Positions 31,417 through 40,271 of a DNA stretch of 64,000 nt are shown piece by piece (the stretch's first letter is position 1; each line of letters begins with the position of its first letter). The stretch comes from Elusimicrobiota bacterium (GTDB taxonomy: Bacteria; Elusimicrobiota; Elusimicrobia; F11). The stretch spans positions 14,781 to 78,780 of the forward strand of contig JBJXGI010000099.1 of NCBI GenBank assembly GCA_046153645.1. The letters run 5' to 3'. The position numbers were made by a program, and so were the translations under genes. Below the pieces are notes generated by a model, which saw only the letters and a program-made list of their open reading frames with translations, did not search any database and was not told where the DNA came from.

Positions 31417-31492
31417 ACTTCTAATTTCTATTTTCTCATGCTAATTCCATAACCAAAAATAGCATGGGAAATTAGACAATAGAAGTTAGAAG
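31417..31492. repeat. AT-rich palindromic repeat element, copy B
   Basis: Left arm CTTCTAATTTCTATTTTCTCATGCTAATTCC. The right arm is its imperfect reverse complement (…GCATGGGAAATTAGACAATAGAAGTTAGAAG). Immediately upstream of tRNA-Cys. Confidence 0.6.
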
Positions 31493-31516
31493 AAAAATTT
31501 TGAGAGACAAATTTTT

Positions 31517-31593
31517 GGTGCGGTACCCAAGTGGCCTAAGGGGAGAGTCTGCAAAACTCTTATTCGTCGGTTCGACTCCGACCCGCACCTCCA
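31517..31593 (+). tRNA. tRNA-Cys (anticodon GCA), CCA encoded
   Basis: Acceptor GGTGCGG/CCGCACC, anticodon stem AGAGT/ACTCT, loop CTGCAAA, T arm GTCGG-TTCGACT-CCGAC. Confidence 0.85.
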
Positions 31594-31661
31594 TTTAAAA
31601 TTTAAAAATGTTAGTATTCGTCGTTCTTGGAATTTTTTTTGTGAATTAACAAATCCAATAA

Positions 31662-31735
31662 GCGCGGTTAGCTCAGTTGGTTAGAGTACTTCCTTGACAT
31701 GGAAGGGGTCAGAGGTTCGAATCCTCTACCGCGCA
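31662..31735 (+). tRNA. tRNA-Val (anticodon GAC), no encoded CCA
   Basis: Acceptor GCGCGGT/ACCGCGC, anticodon stem CTTCC/GGAAG, loop TTGACAT, T arm AGAGG-TTCGAAT-CCTCT. Confidence 0.9.
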
Positions 31736-31740
31736 GTTAC

Positions 31741-31818
31741 TAATTCTAATTTCCATTTTCTATTATCTAATTTCCCATTTTTTTGAAATTAGCATGAGAT
31801 AATAGAAATTAGAAATAA
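31741..31818. repeat. AT-rich palindromic repeat element, copy C
   Basis: TAATTCTAATTTCCATTTTCTATTATCTAATTTC … GAAATTAGCATGAGATAATAGAAATTAGAA. Starts 6 nt after tRNA-Val and lies upstream of the four-helix-bundle gene. Confidence 0.6.
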
Positions 31819-31848
31819 CCCCTCGTCTAATTAACTTATGGAGGGGAT

Positions 31849-32208
31849 ATGTCTTTTGCATTTGAAAATCTTGATGTTTATCAGCGGGCTCTCAAATTAA
31901 ATGGAAGCATAGAAGGTCTTTGTCGATCATTAAAAGGTGTGGTAGCTTACCCTTATTTGGATCAGTTAACGCGGGCAGTTTTGTCAATCCCATTAAATAT
32001 TGCAGAAGGGAATGGCCGTTGGCATGTCAAAGAAAAGAGACAGTTTTTTTGGATAGCGCGAGGATCAACGTTTGAAATTGTGCCAATTTTCCAAATTTTT
32101 TATCAAAAAGGATACATAACTCAGGAATCCTATAACAGTTATTATCAGGAAGCTGAAGTAATATCAAAAATGTTAACAGCTCTTATAAAAGCTGTAGAAA
32201 AAATCTGA
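31849..32208 (+). CDS. Four-helix-bundle protein of the 23S rRNA intervening-sequence protein family
   Basis: 119 aa. DVYQRALKL…IPLNIAEGNGR…FWIARGSTFEI matches the family whose genes sit inside 23S rRNA IVS in several lineages. GGAGGGG RBS. Confidence 0.75.
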   Translation: MSFAFENLDVYQRALKLNGSIEGLCRSLKGVVAYPYLDQLTRAVLSIPLNIAEGNGRWHVKEKRQFFWIARGSTFEIVPIFQIFYQKGYITQESYNSYYQEAEVISKMLTALIKAVEKI

Positions 32209-32214
32209 TAAAAA

Positions 32215-32250
32215 CTGAAATTAGCATGAGAAAATAGAAATTAGATTATT
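32215..32250. repeat. Half-copy (single arm) of the palindromic repeat, copy D
   Basis: CTGAAATTAGCATGAGAAAATAGAAATTAGATTATT, ending immediately before the thrS ATG. Confidence 0.55.
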
Positions 32251-34008
32251 ATGTCCACCCAAATAGAAAATAAAGAAGAATACCTTTACAAACTCCGACA
32301 TTCTGCTGCTCATGTGTTAGCTGAGGCGGTGAAAGATTTATTCCCTGAAACAAAACTGACCATTGGCCCGCCCACTGAAGATGGTTTTTATTATGATTTT
32401 GATAGTCCACATCGATTTACTATTGATGATTTAGCGGTTATTGAAAATAAGATGAACGAAAATCTTAAAACGGTTCATCCCTTTGAAGGTTCAGAAATTT
32501 CTCGCGCGGATGCGATTAAATACTTTGAACAAAAATCTGAAAAATTTAAAGTTGAAATTATTAACGACCTTCCTCCAGAAACCAAAATTACTTTACATAA
32601 ACATGGAAAATTTACGGACCTTTGTAAGGGCAATCATTTAGATTCCACTGCAGATATTAAGTATTTCAAGCTCTTAAAAGTGGCTGGTGCTTATTGGCGA
32701 GGAGATGAAAAACGTGAACAACTCCAGCGCGTGTATGGGACCATTTGGACATCAAAAGAAGAATTAGATTCTTATCTCACCCAATTAGAAGAAGCCAAAA
32801 AACGCGATCACCGTGAATTGGGGCCCAAACTAGGTTTATTTACCATCGAACATGACGAAGTGGGAAGTGGACTTGTGTTGTGGCTTCCAAAAGGAGCTTT
32901 GATTCGCCATTTCATTGAAGATTATTTAAAGAAGTTACATTTAGAAAATGGTTATCAGTTTGCCATATCGCCGCATGTGGGATTATCAAAACTTTGGGAA
33001 ACCAGCGGGCATTTGGATTTTTATAAAGAAAATATGTTTCCTGAAATGAAATTGGAAAACCAATCGTTTTATTGCAAACCCATGACTTGCCCTTTTCATA
33101 TTTCCATTTATAAAACCACGTTGCATAGTTATAGAGAGCTTCCTATTCGAATGTACGAACATGGAACCGTTTACCGGTTTGAGCGCAGTGGAGTGCTTCA
33201 CGGCACTTTACGCGTGAGAGGTTTCACTCAAGACGATACTCATATTTTCTGTCGCCAAGATCAATTAGAAGATGAAATTAAAAACGTGATGCTGCTGGCT
33301 AAAAAAATATTAAGTGATTTTGGATTTTTTGATTATGAAATTAAACTCTCAACGCGTCCCAAAGAGTTTGTGGGGGATCCCGCTCGCTGGGAATTGGCCG
33401 AAAAAGTTTTAGCTGACGCGCTTCATAATGCTGGTTTCAAATATGAAGTAGATCCTGGACAAGGTGCTTTTTATGGTCCTAAAATTGATTTGAAAATTAA
33501 AGATTCCATTGGTCGGCGGTGGCAATGTTCGACTGTGCAGGTTGATTTTAATTTGCCGGATCGATTTAAAGCGACTTATCGAAATGATGAGGGCAAAGAT
33601 ACGCCTGTGTTTATGGTTCACCGCGCTATTCTGGGATCTATTGAACGCTTTTTTGGAATTTTAGTGGAACATTTTTCTGGCGCTTTTCCACCTTGGTTGG
33701 CACCTGTTCAGGCGGTGGTTCTCCCTATTTCTGATAAACAAATTCCTTATGCTGAAAAGATTGTAAAAGAACTTAAAGAAAGTGGTTTTAGGGCTGAATT
33801 AAGAGCTGAAAATGAAAAAGTAGGGGCCAAAATTCGAACAGCCACTCTGGAAAAAATTCCTTATATGTTAGTTGTAGGGGCTAAAGAAGAGGCCGTTGGT
33901 TCTGTCTCGGTGAGGTCTCGCACGGGTAAAGATCACGGAGTGCTTTCTTTGGCTCAATTTATTTCGCAATTACAAGCTGAAATTGTTGAGAAGAAACAAG
34001 TATCCTGA
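32251..34008 (+). CDS. thrS: Threonyl-tRNA synthetase (no N-terminal TGS domain)
   Basis: Editing-domain HSAAHVLA, class II motifs [26 protein letters not shown]-like (…[27 protein letters not shown]), C-terminal anticodon-binding domain. Confidence 0.95.
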   Translation: [585 protein letters not shown]

Positions 34009-34060
34009 ATTGTCATTTCCGAAAATTGTGCGTAATGTGAAGTAAGGGATGATAAATAAA

Positions 34061-34089
34061 TTGACATTTCCCTCTCATGTTGTTATATT
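34061..34089 (+). promoter_or_regulatory. Sigma70-type promoter: TTGACA, 17-bp spacer, TATATT
   Basis: The -35 is a perfect consensus at 34061-34066. The -10 TATATT at 34084-34089 follows an exact 17-bp spacer. Upstream of infC-rpmI-rplT. Confidence 0.5.
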
Positions 34090-34116
34090 TTCACTTCAAA
34101 ATTTAGATGTAAAGGA

Positions 34117-34147
34117 AGGGATGGGGCATTCATACCATCCCTTTTTT
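34117..34147 (+). terminator. Intrinsic-terminator-like hairpin in the infC leader (GGGATGG-loop-CCATCCC followed by CTTTTTT)
   Basis: 7-bp G/C-rich stem, 10-nt loop, T6 tract. About 25 nt downstream of the predicted +1 and about 5 nt upstream of the GGAGG preceding infC. A candidate attenuator, as in L20-controlled infC operons. Confidence 0.5.
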
Positions 34148-34160
34148 AACGGAGGAAAGC

Positions 34161-34679
34161 ATCGCAAAGCAACCTTTAGTAAGAATCAACCAATGGATTA
34201 GAGCTCCACAAATACGATTAGTAGATGCCGCTGGAGAAATGTTAGGCGTCAAAACCATCCAAGAAGCTCTCAAACTTGCCGAAGATTCTGGCTATGATCT
34301 CATAGAAATTGCGCCATCAGCAGTGCCACCTGTTTGTAGATTAGGAAATTACTCCAAATTTCTTTACGAAAAAGAGAAAAAGGCCAAGGAAGCTCGTAAA
34401 AACCGAGGCGGGGGCCAAGTTAAAGAAGTGCGAATGCGCCCCAAAATTGGTGAACATGATTTAGTTACCAAAATTAATCAGGTTGTTCGTTTTTTAAAAG
34501 AGCATCATAAAGTTCGCATTACAATTATATTTTTTGGTCGAGAAATGGAACACCAGGAAATTGTGAACAAAATGCTGACTCGAATTGAACAAGATATTCA
34601 GGGTGTTGGTGTTATTGAACAACAGCCTCAATTATACGGAAATCGACTTATTTCGATTATTGTGCCTCATAAAGGATAA
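34161..34679 (+). CDS. infC: Translation initiation factor IF-3 with non-AUG initiation codon
   Basis: The reading frame is open upstream of the first internal ATG at 34239. …KQPLVRINQWIRAPQIRLVDAAGEMLGVKT aligns with the IF3 N-terminus. The candidate start is AUC at 34161, 5 nt after GGAGG; the alternative is AUU at 34197. An unusual infC start codon is well established. Confidence 0.8.
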   Translation: MAKQPLVRINQWIRAPQIRLVDAAGEMLGVKTIQEALKLAEDSGYDLIEIAPSAVPPVCRLGNYSKFLYEKEKKAKEARKNRGGGQVKEVRMRPKIGEHDLVTKINQVVRFLKEHHKVRITIIFFGREMEHQEIVNKMLTRIEQDIQGVGVIEQQPQLYGNRLISIIVPHKG

Positions 34680-34692
34680 TGAAGGAAAGGTT

Positions 34693-34890
34693 ATGCCAAA
34701 ATTAAAATCACATAGTGGAGCAAAAAAACGTTTTAAATTTACAGCTCGTGGAAAAGTGAAGTATAAACGAGCGGGAGCCCGGCACTTATTACAAGGAATG
34801 TCTTCTTCCCGAAGTCGTTTCCTTCGACGTCCGGATATTCTCAATGAAACCCAAACTAAAATGATCAAGAAAATCTTGCCTTACGGCTAA
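34693..34890 (+). CDS. rpmI: Ribosomal protein L35
   Basis: MPKLKSHSGAKKRFKFTARGKVKYKRAGARH. The track ORF start at 34585 is upstream read-through. Confidence 0.9.
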   Translation: MPKLKSHSGAKKRFKFTARGKVKYKRAGARHLLQGMSSSRSRFLRRPDILNETQTKMIKKILPYG

Positions 34891-34910
34891 ATAACTCAAG
34901 GATAAATCAA

Positions 34911-35273
34911 ATGCGTGTTCGTAGCGTAACATATACCCGTCAAAGAAAGAAAAAACACTACCGCCGAGCCAAAGGCGCGTATGCCACAAAGAAAAATCGT
35001 TGGAGAATGGTTAAACAACACCTTCGTAAAGTAGGTGTTTACTCTTACGTTGGAAGAAAAGATCGTAAATCAGATTTTAGAAGCCTCTGGATTATGCGTA
35101 TTAACGCTGCTTCCCGTGAATGGGGTGGTTTAACTTATGGTCAACTCATTCATGGCTTAAAAAATGCCAATGTGATTGTGGACCGGAAAATGTTAGCTGA
35201 TCTTGCCATTAATGATGTCCCTGCTTTCACTGAGCTTGCTCAATTGGCCAAACAAAATCAAAAAGCCGCCTAA
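34911..35273 (+). CDS. rplT: Ribosomal protein L20
   Basis: MRVRSVTYTRQRKKK…RKDRKSDFRSLWIMRINAA. Confidence 0.95.
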   Translation: MRVRSVTYTRQRKKKHYRRAKGAYATKKNRWRMVKQHLRKVGVYSYVGRKDRKSDFRSLWIMRINAASREWGGLTYGQLIHGLKNANVIVDRKMLADLAINDVPAFTELAQLAKQNQKAA

Positions 35274-35297
35274 TTAATTTTCATCCCTTCTCAAGAT

Positions 35298-36347
35298 ATG
35301 GATATCAAAGCGATTGAACAAGCTGCGTTAGCCGATCTTGAGAAGGTTTCTAACCTTAAAGACCTCGAAGTTATTTCGATTAAGTACTTGGGTCGTAAAG
35401 AAGGGGAATTAACAAAAATTCTCCGTCAGTTGGGTTCTCTCTCTCCCGAAGAAAAAAAACAATTAGGGCAATCTGCAAACGAGTTAAGAGTTCTTCTAGA
35501 ATCCAAAGTATCTGAAAAACAAAAAGAGCTTGAGAGTCATGCGCTTTTAGAAAGTTTATCTAAAGATAAACTTGATCTTTCTCTTCCTGGTGTTCCCATC
35601 ATTCGTGGTTCAAGTCATCCTATTTTAAAAGCAATTCAAGAAATATCTGCGATCTTTCAACAATTGGGTTTTGATAGTGTAGAAGGCCCTGAAATAGAAA
35701 ACGACTCTAATAATTTTACCGATCTTAATATTCCTTTAGATCACCCCGCGCGTGATATGCATGACACGTTTTATCTTGAAAAAGAAATAGGAAGTCTTTT
35801 ACTTCGAACCCATACGTCTCCCGTACAAATTCGGGTTATGAAAACCAATAAACCGCCTATTAGAATTATTTCTCCAGGAAGAGTTTTTAGAAATGAAGCC
35901 ACAGATGCAACTCACGCGGCTGTTTTTCATCAAATTGAAGGGCTTTATGTGGCAGAAAAAGTTTCCTTTGCCGATTTAAAAGGAACCCTGACCTACTTTG
36001 CCCAAAAGTATTTTGGCTCTCAAACCAAAGTTCGATTCCTGCCTAGTTATTTTCCTTTTGTAGAACCTGGTGCTCAAATGGATGTTTCTTGTTTTGCTTG
36101 CGCAGGCAATAAGGTGCTACCCTCTGGAGAAAATTGTTCTCTATGCAAAGCAACGGGTTGGATTGAAATGTTGGGAGCGGGCATGGTTCATCCTCAAGTT
36201 TTAAAAAATGTCGGTTATGATCCCAAGAAAGTTTCAGGATTTGCTTTTGGCATGGGGGTTGAACGAATCGTGATGACTCGTTATAAAGTTCGTGATATTC
36301 GACTCTTCTTAGATTCTGATCTTCGTTTTTTGGAGCAATTTAAATGA
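35298..36347 (+). CDS. pheS: Phenylalanyl-tRNA synthetase alpha subunit
   Basis: HPARDMHDTFY…FRNEATDATHAAVFHQIEGL…GFAFGMGVERI. Confidence 0.95.
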   Translation: MDIKAIEQAALADLEKVSNLKDLEVISIKYLGRKEGELTKILRQLGSLSPEEKKQLGQSANELRVLLESKVSEKQKELESHALLESLSKDKLDLSLPGVPIIRGSSHPILKAIQEISAIFQQLGFDSVEGPEIENDSNNFTDLNIPLDHPARDMHDTFYLEKEIGSLLLRTHTSPVQIRVMKTNKPPIRIISPGRVFRNEATDATHAAVFHQIEGLYVAEKVSFADLKGTLTYFAQKYFGSQTKVRFLPSYFPFVEPGAQMDVSCFACAGNKVLPSGENCSLCKATGWIEMLGAGMVHPQVLKNVGYDPKKVSGFAFGMGVERIVMTRYKVRDIRLFLDSDLRFLEQFK

Positions 36348-38704
36348 AAGTTAGTTTAAATTGGCTAAAAGAATTATTTCCTACCAATCTAGCTGTTCAA
36401 GATATTTCTGATCGCTTAGCGCAACTAGGTTTTCCTGTTGCAGGTGTTGAAAAGAAAGGGATTGCTGTTGAAAATGTTATTACCGCTAAAATTTTAAATG
36501 TTGAAAAACATCCCAATGCTGACCGGTTGAGAATAGCCACTGTGAGCGATGGGAAAACAGAAAAAAGAATTGTTTGTGGCGCTCCCAACATCGAAAGTGG
36601 GCAAATTGTACCTTTGGCGCTTCCTGGTGCTGAATTACCCGGGGGACTTAAGATCGCGATTTCCTCTATAAGAGGGGTGGAATCAGCGGGAATGCTTTGT
36701 TCTGAACGTGAGTTAGGTTTGTCCACTGAGCACGCGGGAATACTAATTTTGCCAAGCGGAACTGAACTTGGGAAAGAAGTAAAAGAGGTTTTAGGGGGGA
36801 ATGATGTCGTTTTCGATATTGAAATTACACCCAATCGTTCCGATTTATTAAGTCATGTGGGAGTTGTCAGAGAGCTGGCTGCTTCTGAGAAAAAAAACTT
36901 CAAGCCTGCTGTTATCAAGTTACCTGAATTATTAGAAAAGACTTCTAAATTTAAAATTTCAATTGAAGATAAAGCCAAATGTCAGCGTTATATTGGAAAA
37001 ATTATTAAAGGGGTCAAGGTTCAACCTTCTCCTCTTTGGCTGAGTGAGCGATTAAAGGCTTGTGGGATTCGTCCTATTAATAACGTGGTTGATATTACGA
37101 ATTATGTTCTTTTAGAGTGGGGGCACCCGCTTCATGCGTTTGATTTGAATTTATTGTCGGGGGGAGAATTGAGTGTTCGTTTAGCCAAGGAAAACGAAAC
37201 AATAAAAGCTCTCGATGGAAAAACCTATCCACTTTCTTCAGATGATTTGGTTATTGCTGATGGTTCTGCTCCTGTTGCCATTGCTGGTGTTATGGGGGGA
37301 GAGGCTTCAGGGGTTACGGATCAAACTGTTGATATCCTTCTTGAAAGTGCTGTTTTTGATCCAAAACAGGTGAGGAAAACCTCCCGAAAATGCGACCTTA
37401 AGTCTGAAAGTTCGCTTCGCTTTGAAAAAGGAACGCATCCAGAAATGGCTCAAATGGCTTCAGATAGAGCCGCTCAGTTGCTTCTTGAGTTGGCTGGTGG
37501 AACTTTGGTTTCGGAAATTGATAAGGCTTTAGTTAAACACTCTTCTACGAAAATTTCAGTCTCTTTATCTGAAATAGAAAATATGTTAAATATTAAAATA
37601 AAAATTAAAGATGCACAAAAAATATTTGATTGTCTTGGATTTGTACCAAGTTTAAAGGGCAGTGTTATTACTTGTATTGTGCCTCATTATAGAAGAGATA
37701 TTCAAGAACCGGTTGACTTAATTGAAGAGCTGGCTCGATTGATTGGATATGAAAAAATCCCCACTCATTTACCTGTGGCCGCCTTGGGGCAATTATCAAG
37801 TGAGTATCGCTCTCCTTCTTTAACTCTTTTTCAGGAAACATTAAAAGGGGCGGGGATCTCAGAAACAATAACGCACTCTTTTTGTTCTGAAAGCCAGCTC
37901 ATTGAATTGGGTTTTAGTCTTGATAGCGTCATTCGACTGGCCAATCCTTTGGCTAAAGACGAAGGTCTTATGCGGCCTTCTTTGATTGTTAATTTGCTTA
38001 AAGCGGTCCAAAAAAACACCAATCAACAACGAAAATCAATCTCTTTTTTTGAAATAGGAAAACGGTTTTTAGGAACAGAGTCATTGGGTATTGGAATTGT
38101 CGTTTCAGGAGAGAATGTTTCAGAATCATGGAAAAAGACCCAATCAAAATTTGATTTCTACGCTTTAAAATCGATTTTAGAGTTATTGATTAAACAAACT
38201 GGCATTCAGCTTCAGTTAAAAGAAGGAGTCTCAGTCAATTATTTACACCCTCATCAGTCCTATAATTTATTATGCCGAGGTGAGAAGATAGGATACATGG
38301 GTTTTCTTCATCCCAGTGTTGTTCGTTCTTTGGATATTTCACCTGCCACAGGTGTTATTGAGTTTAATCTTGATGTTGCCTTAGAATCAATAAAACGAAC
38401 CGAAACTTTTTTACCGATATCGAAGTTTTCTTTTGTTGAAAGAGACATTGCTGTTTTAGTCCCAGTTGATACAAAGTGGGAGAAAATTGAGAAACAAGTT
38501 CAAAAGGTGTCGGGGCCTCTATTGAAACATGTTTTTCCTTTTGATGTTTTTATGGGTGGAAGTTTACCTGAAAATGAAAAGAGCATTGCCTTTCGTGTCC
38601 AATTGCAACATGCTGATCATGCTTTATCGGAAGCAGAAATTACTTCCACAGTAGATTCTATTCGACAAGCTTTAAAGGATCAGTGCGGTGCCAAATCCCG
38701 CTAG
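36344..38704 (+). CDS. pheT: Phenylalanyl-tRNA synthetase beta subunit
   Basis: 786 aa with an N-terminal tRNA-binding domain, B3/B4, B5 and FDX-ACB-like C-terminal domains. Overlaps pheS by 4 nt. Confidence 0.95.
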   Translation: MKVSLNWLKELFPTNLAVQDISDRLAQLGFPVAGVEKKGIAVENVITAKILNVEKHPNADRLRIATVSDGKTEKRIVCGAPNIESGQIVPLALPGAELPGGLKIAISSIRGVESAGMLCSERELGLSTEHAGILILPSGTELGKEVKEVLGGNDVVFDIEITPNRSDLLSHVGVVRELAASEKKNFKPAVIKLPELLEKTSKFKISIEDKAKCQRYIGKIIKGVKVQPSPLWLSERLKACGIRPINNVVDITNYVLLEWGHPLHAFDLNLLSGGELSVRLAKENETIKALDGKTYPLSSDDLVIADGSAPVAIAGVMGGEASGVTDQTVDILLESAVFDPKQVRKTSRKCDLKSESSLRFEKGTHPEMAQMASDRAAQLLLELAGGTLVSEIDKALVKHSSTKISVSLSEIENMLNIKIKIKDAQKIFDCLGFVPSLKGSVITCIVPHYRRDIQEPVDLIEELARLIGYEKIPTHLPVAALGQLSSEYRSPSLTLFQETLKGAGISETITHSFCSESQLIELGFSLDSVIRLANPLAKDEGLMRPSLIVNLLKAVQKNTNQQRKSISFFEIGKRFLGTESLGIGIVVSGENVSESWKKTQSKFDFYALKSILELLIKQTGIQLQLKEGVSVNYLHPHQSYNLLCRGEKIGYMGFLHPSVVRSLDISPATGVIEFNLDVALESIKRTETFLPISKFSFVERDIAVLVPVDTKWEKIEKQVQKVSGPLLKHVFPFDVFMGGSLPENEKSIAFRVQLQHADHALSEAEITSTVDSIRQALKDQCGAKSR

Positions 38705-40244
38705 TTCTGATTTCGAATTTTCCCACCGAACTCGTCAGCAATCCTGGCAACAACTTAAAGCATCTCAAGAAATCTTAAATGTCCTCATCATCGGTGGTGG
38801 AATTGTGGGCGCTGGAATGGCCAGGGAGTTTGTCATTCACGGAGTTAAAGATGTTTTTCTCGTCGAAAAAAACGACTTTTCTTCAGGGACAAGCTCTGCT
38901 TCTAGCAAGTTAATCCATGCCGGTATCCGGTATTTGGAGTTGGTGTGGATTAAATTAAAAAAAGGTGATATTTCCGGCGCCATCACCAATTTAAAATTTG
39001 TTATTGAGGCTTCAAAAGAAAGAAAGGTTTTGGGGTTTTTAGCCCCTCATCTTGTTAAACCCAAGCCTATTTATATGGTCATTGGAAAGGGTGATCCGCG
39101 TTCTCCTTGGGCGGCGGGGTTGGGAACATGGCTTTATTATTTTATTCAAGTGCTTCAAGGGCAATTTTTTTCTCCACCCTCTTTTTATGTGAGAAAAACG
39201 TCAATCCAAAATCGGTTTCCTGCGCTAAATGTGAATAAAGTCAAAGCTGTTTTTTCTTTTTGGGATTCGGAAACCGATGATTCTCGTTTGGTGTTAGACA
39301 CTCTTCGTTCGGCTTCAATAGATGGGGCTTATTGTCTTAATTATGTGGAGGTTGTTTTCTACAAAAAAGAAGGGGATGTTTTTTCTGTCTCACTGAGAAA
39401 TAATGAGACGAATGAAATAATTTTTGTAAAAGCAAAAATTCTTATTAACGCTGGGGGGCCTTTTGTTGATGAGATAAGAAAGTTGAATAAAAATAATAAG
39501 GTTCCTGTTTCAAATCTAGTTGATCGGGTTGAGGGCTGTCATATAGATGTGTTTCCTAAAATAACCGAAGAGTCTTATTATGTTTCAGCGGGGGACGGCC
39601 GTCTTATTTTTGTTCTCAAACGAAATGAAGATGGGTTTGAATATTCAAGAGTTGGAACCACTGAAAGGGTATTAAGTGAAGGGGAATCTTCGGATGGGAT
39701 TCATGCGACCCAAAAAGAAATTGAATATCTTCTTTCTTCTGTTCGAGAGATGTTCCCTCAAGTTGATTTTGATTCAAGGCGCAAAAAAAATGACGCTGGA
39801 ATTAGGCCTTTACGCCGTCAAGATGAATCAAATCCTTTTGAGAAAAATCGTGAACATGACATTATTGAAGAAGAGGGGCTCTTTCATGTTATTGGCGTTA
39901 AATTAACTGATTTTCGAAGGGTGGCTCATGAATTATTTAAAAAGATAGACTGGGAAAAATGGGGAATAAATATTACTAGAATAACTTCTAATATATCTCA
40001 AGAAAAGCCCATAAATCCTTTTCAATCAACTATTTCCTACCCAGAAAAAAACATGAATGATTTTATCGAAAAAACGATGATTCTCCATTGGGACGACTAT
40101 CTTCGAAGAAGGAAAGGTGCAAAACCATTATTAGAATGGGGGAACGAAACCAAATTAAAAGAAGATTTTCATATCCTCAAAACAGAAATGGGATGGAATG
40201 AGGAAGATGAAAAAAAAGAGGAATCCCGCGCCCGGGGGAAATAA
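38688..40244 (+). CDS. FAD-dependent glycerol-3-phosphate dehydrogenase/oxidase family protein (GlpD/GlpA-like)
   Basis: Rossmann motif VLIIGGGIVGAGMARE and DFSSGTSSASSKLIHAGIRYLE (the GlpD signature). Starts 17 nt inside the pheT 3' end. Confidence 0.65.
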   Translation: MPNPASSDFEFSHRTRQQSWQQLKASQEILNVLIIGGGIVGAGMAREFVIHGVKDVFLVEKNDFSSGTSSASSKLIHAGIRYLELVWIKLKKGDISGAITNLKFVIEASKERKVLGFLAPHLVKPKPIYMVIGKGDPRSPWAAGLGTWLYYFIQVLQGQFFSPPSFYVRKTSIQNRFPALNVNKVKAVFSFWDSETDDSRLVLDTLRSASIDGAYCLNYVEVVFYKKEGDVFSVSLRNNETNEIIFVKAKILINAGGPFVDEIRKLNKNNKVPVSNLVDRVEGCHIDVFPKITEESYYVSAGDGRLIFVLKRNEDGFEYSRVGTTERVLSEGESSDGIHATQKEIEYLLSSVREMFPQVDFDSRRKKNDAGIRPLRRQDESNPFEKNREHDIIEEEGLFHVIGVKLTDFRRVAHELFKKIDWEKWGINITRITSNISQEKPINPFQSTISYPEKNMNDFIEKTMILHWDDYLRRRKGAKPLLEWGNETKLKEDFHILKTEMGWNEEDEKKEESRARGK

Positions 40245-40257
40245 AAGCGCGGGATCC
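40220..40257. terminator. Bidirectional intrinsic terminator between convergent genes
   Basis: ATCCCGCGC-15 nt-GCGCGGGAT, a 9-bp G/C stem. On the plus strand it is followed by CCTCTTTAATCGTTTTTT. On the minus strand its complement is followed by CCTCTTTTTTTT. Confidence 0.5.
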
Positions 40258-40271
40258 TCTTTAATCGTTTT

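Noticed and set aside
34585-34692. Track start of rpmI at 34585, and the in-frame AUG at 34077 for infC
   Set aside because: L35 conservation begins at MPKLKSHSG (34693, after GGAAAGG). An AUG at 34077 would place the infC start inside its own -10 element and upstream of a terminator hairpin, so a non-AUG start downstream is far more plausible.
38688-38704. GlpD-like gene start inside pheT, considered as a possible frameshift or fusion
   Set aside because: The 17-nt overlap is in a different frame. The Rossmann motif needs the upstream Met, so it is ordinary translational coupling and not a pseudogene.
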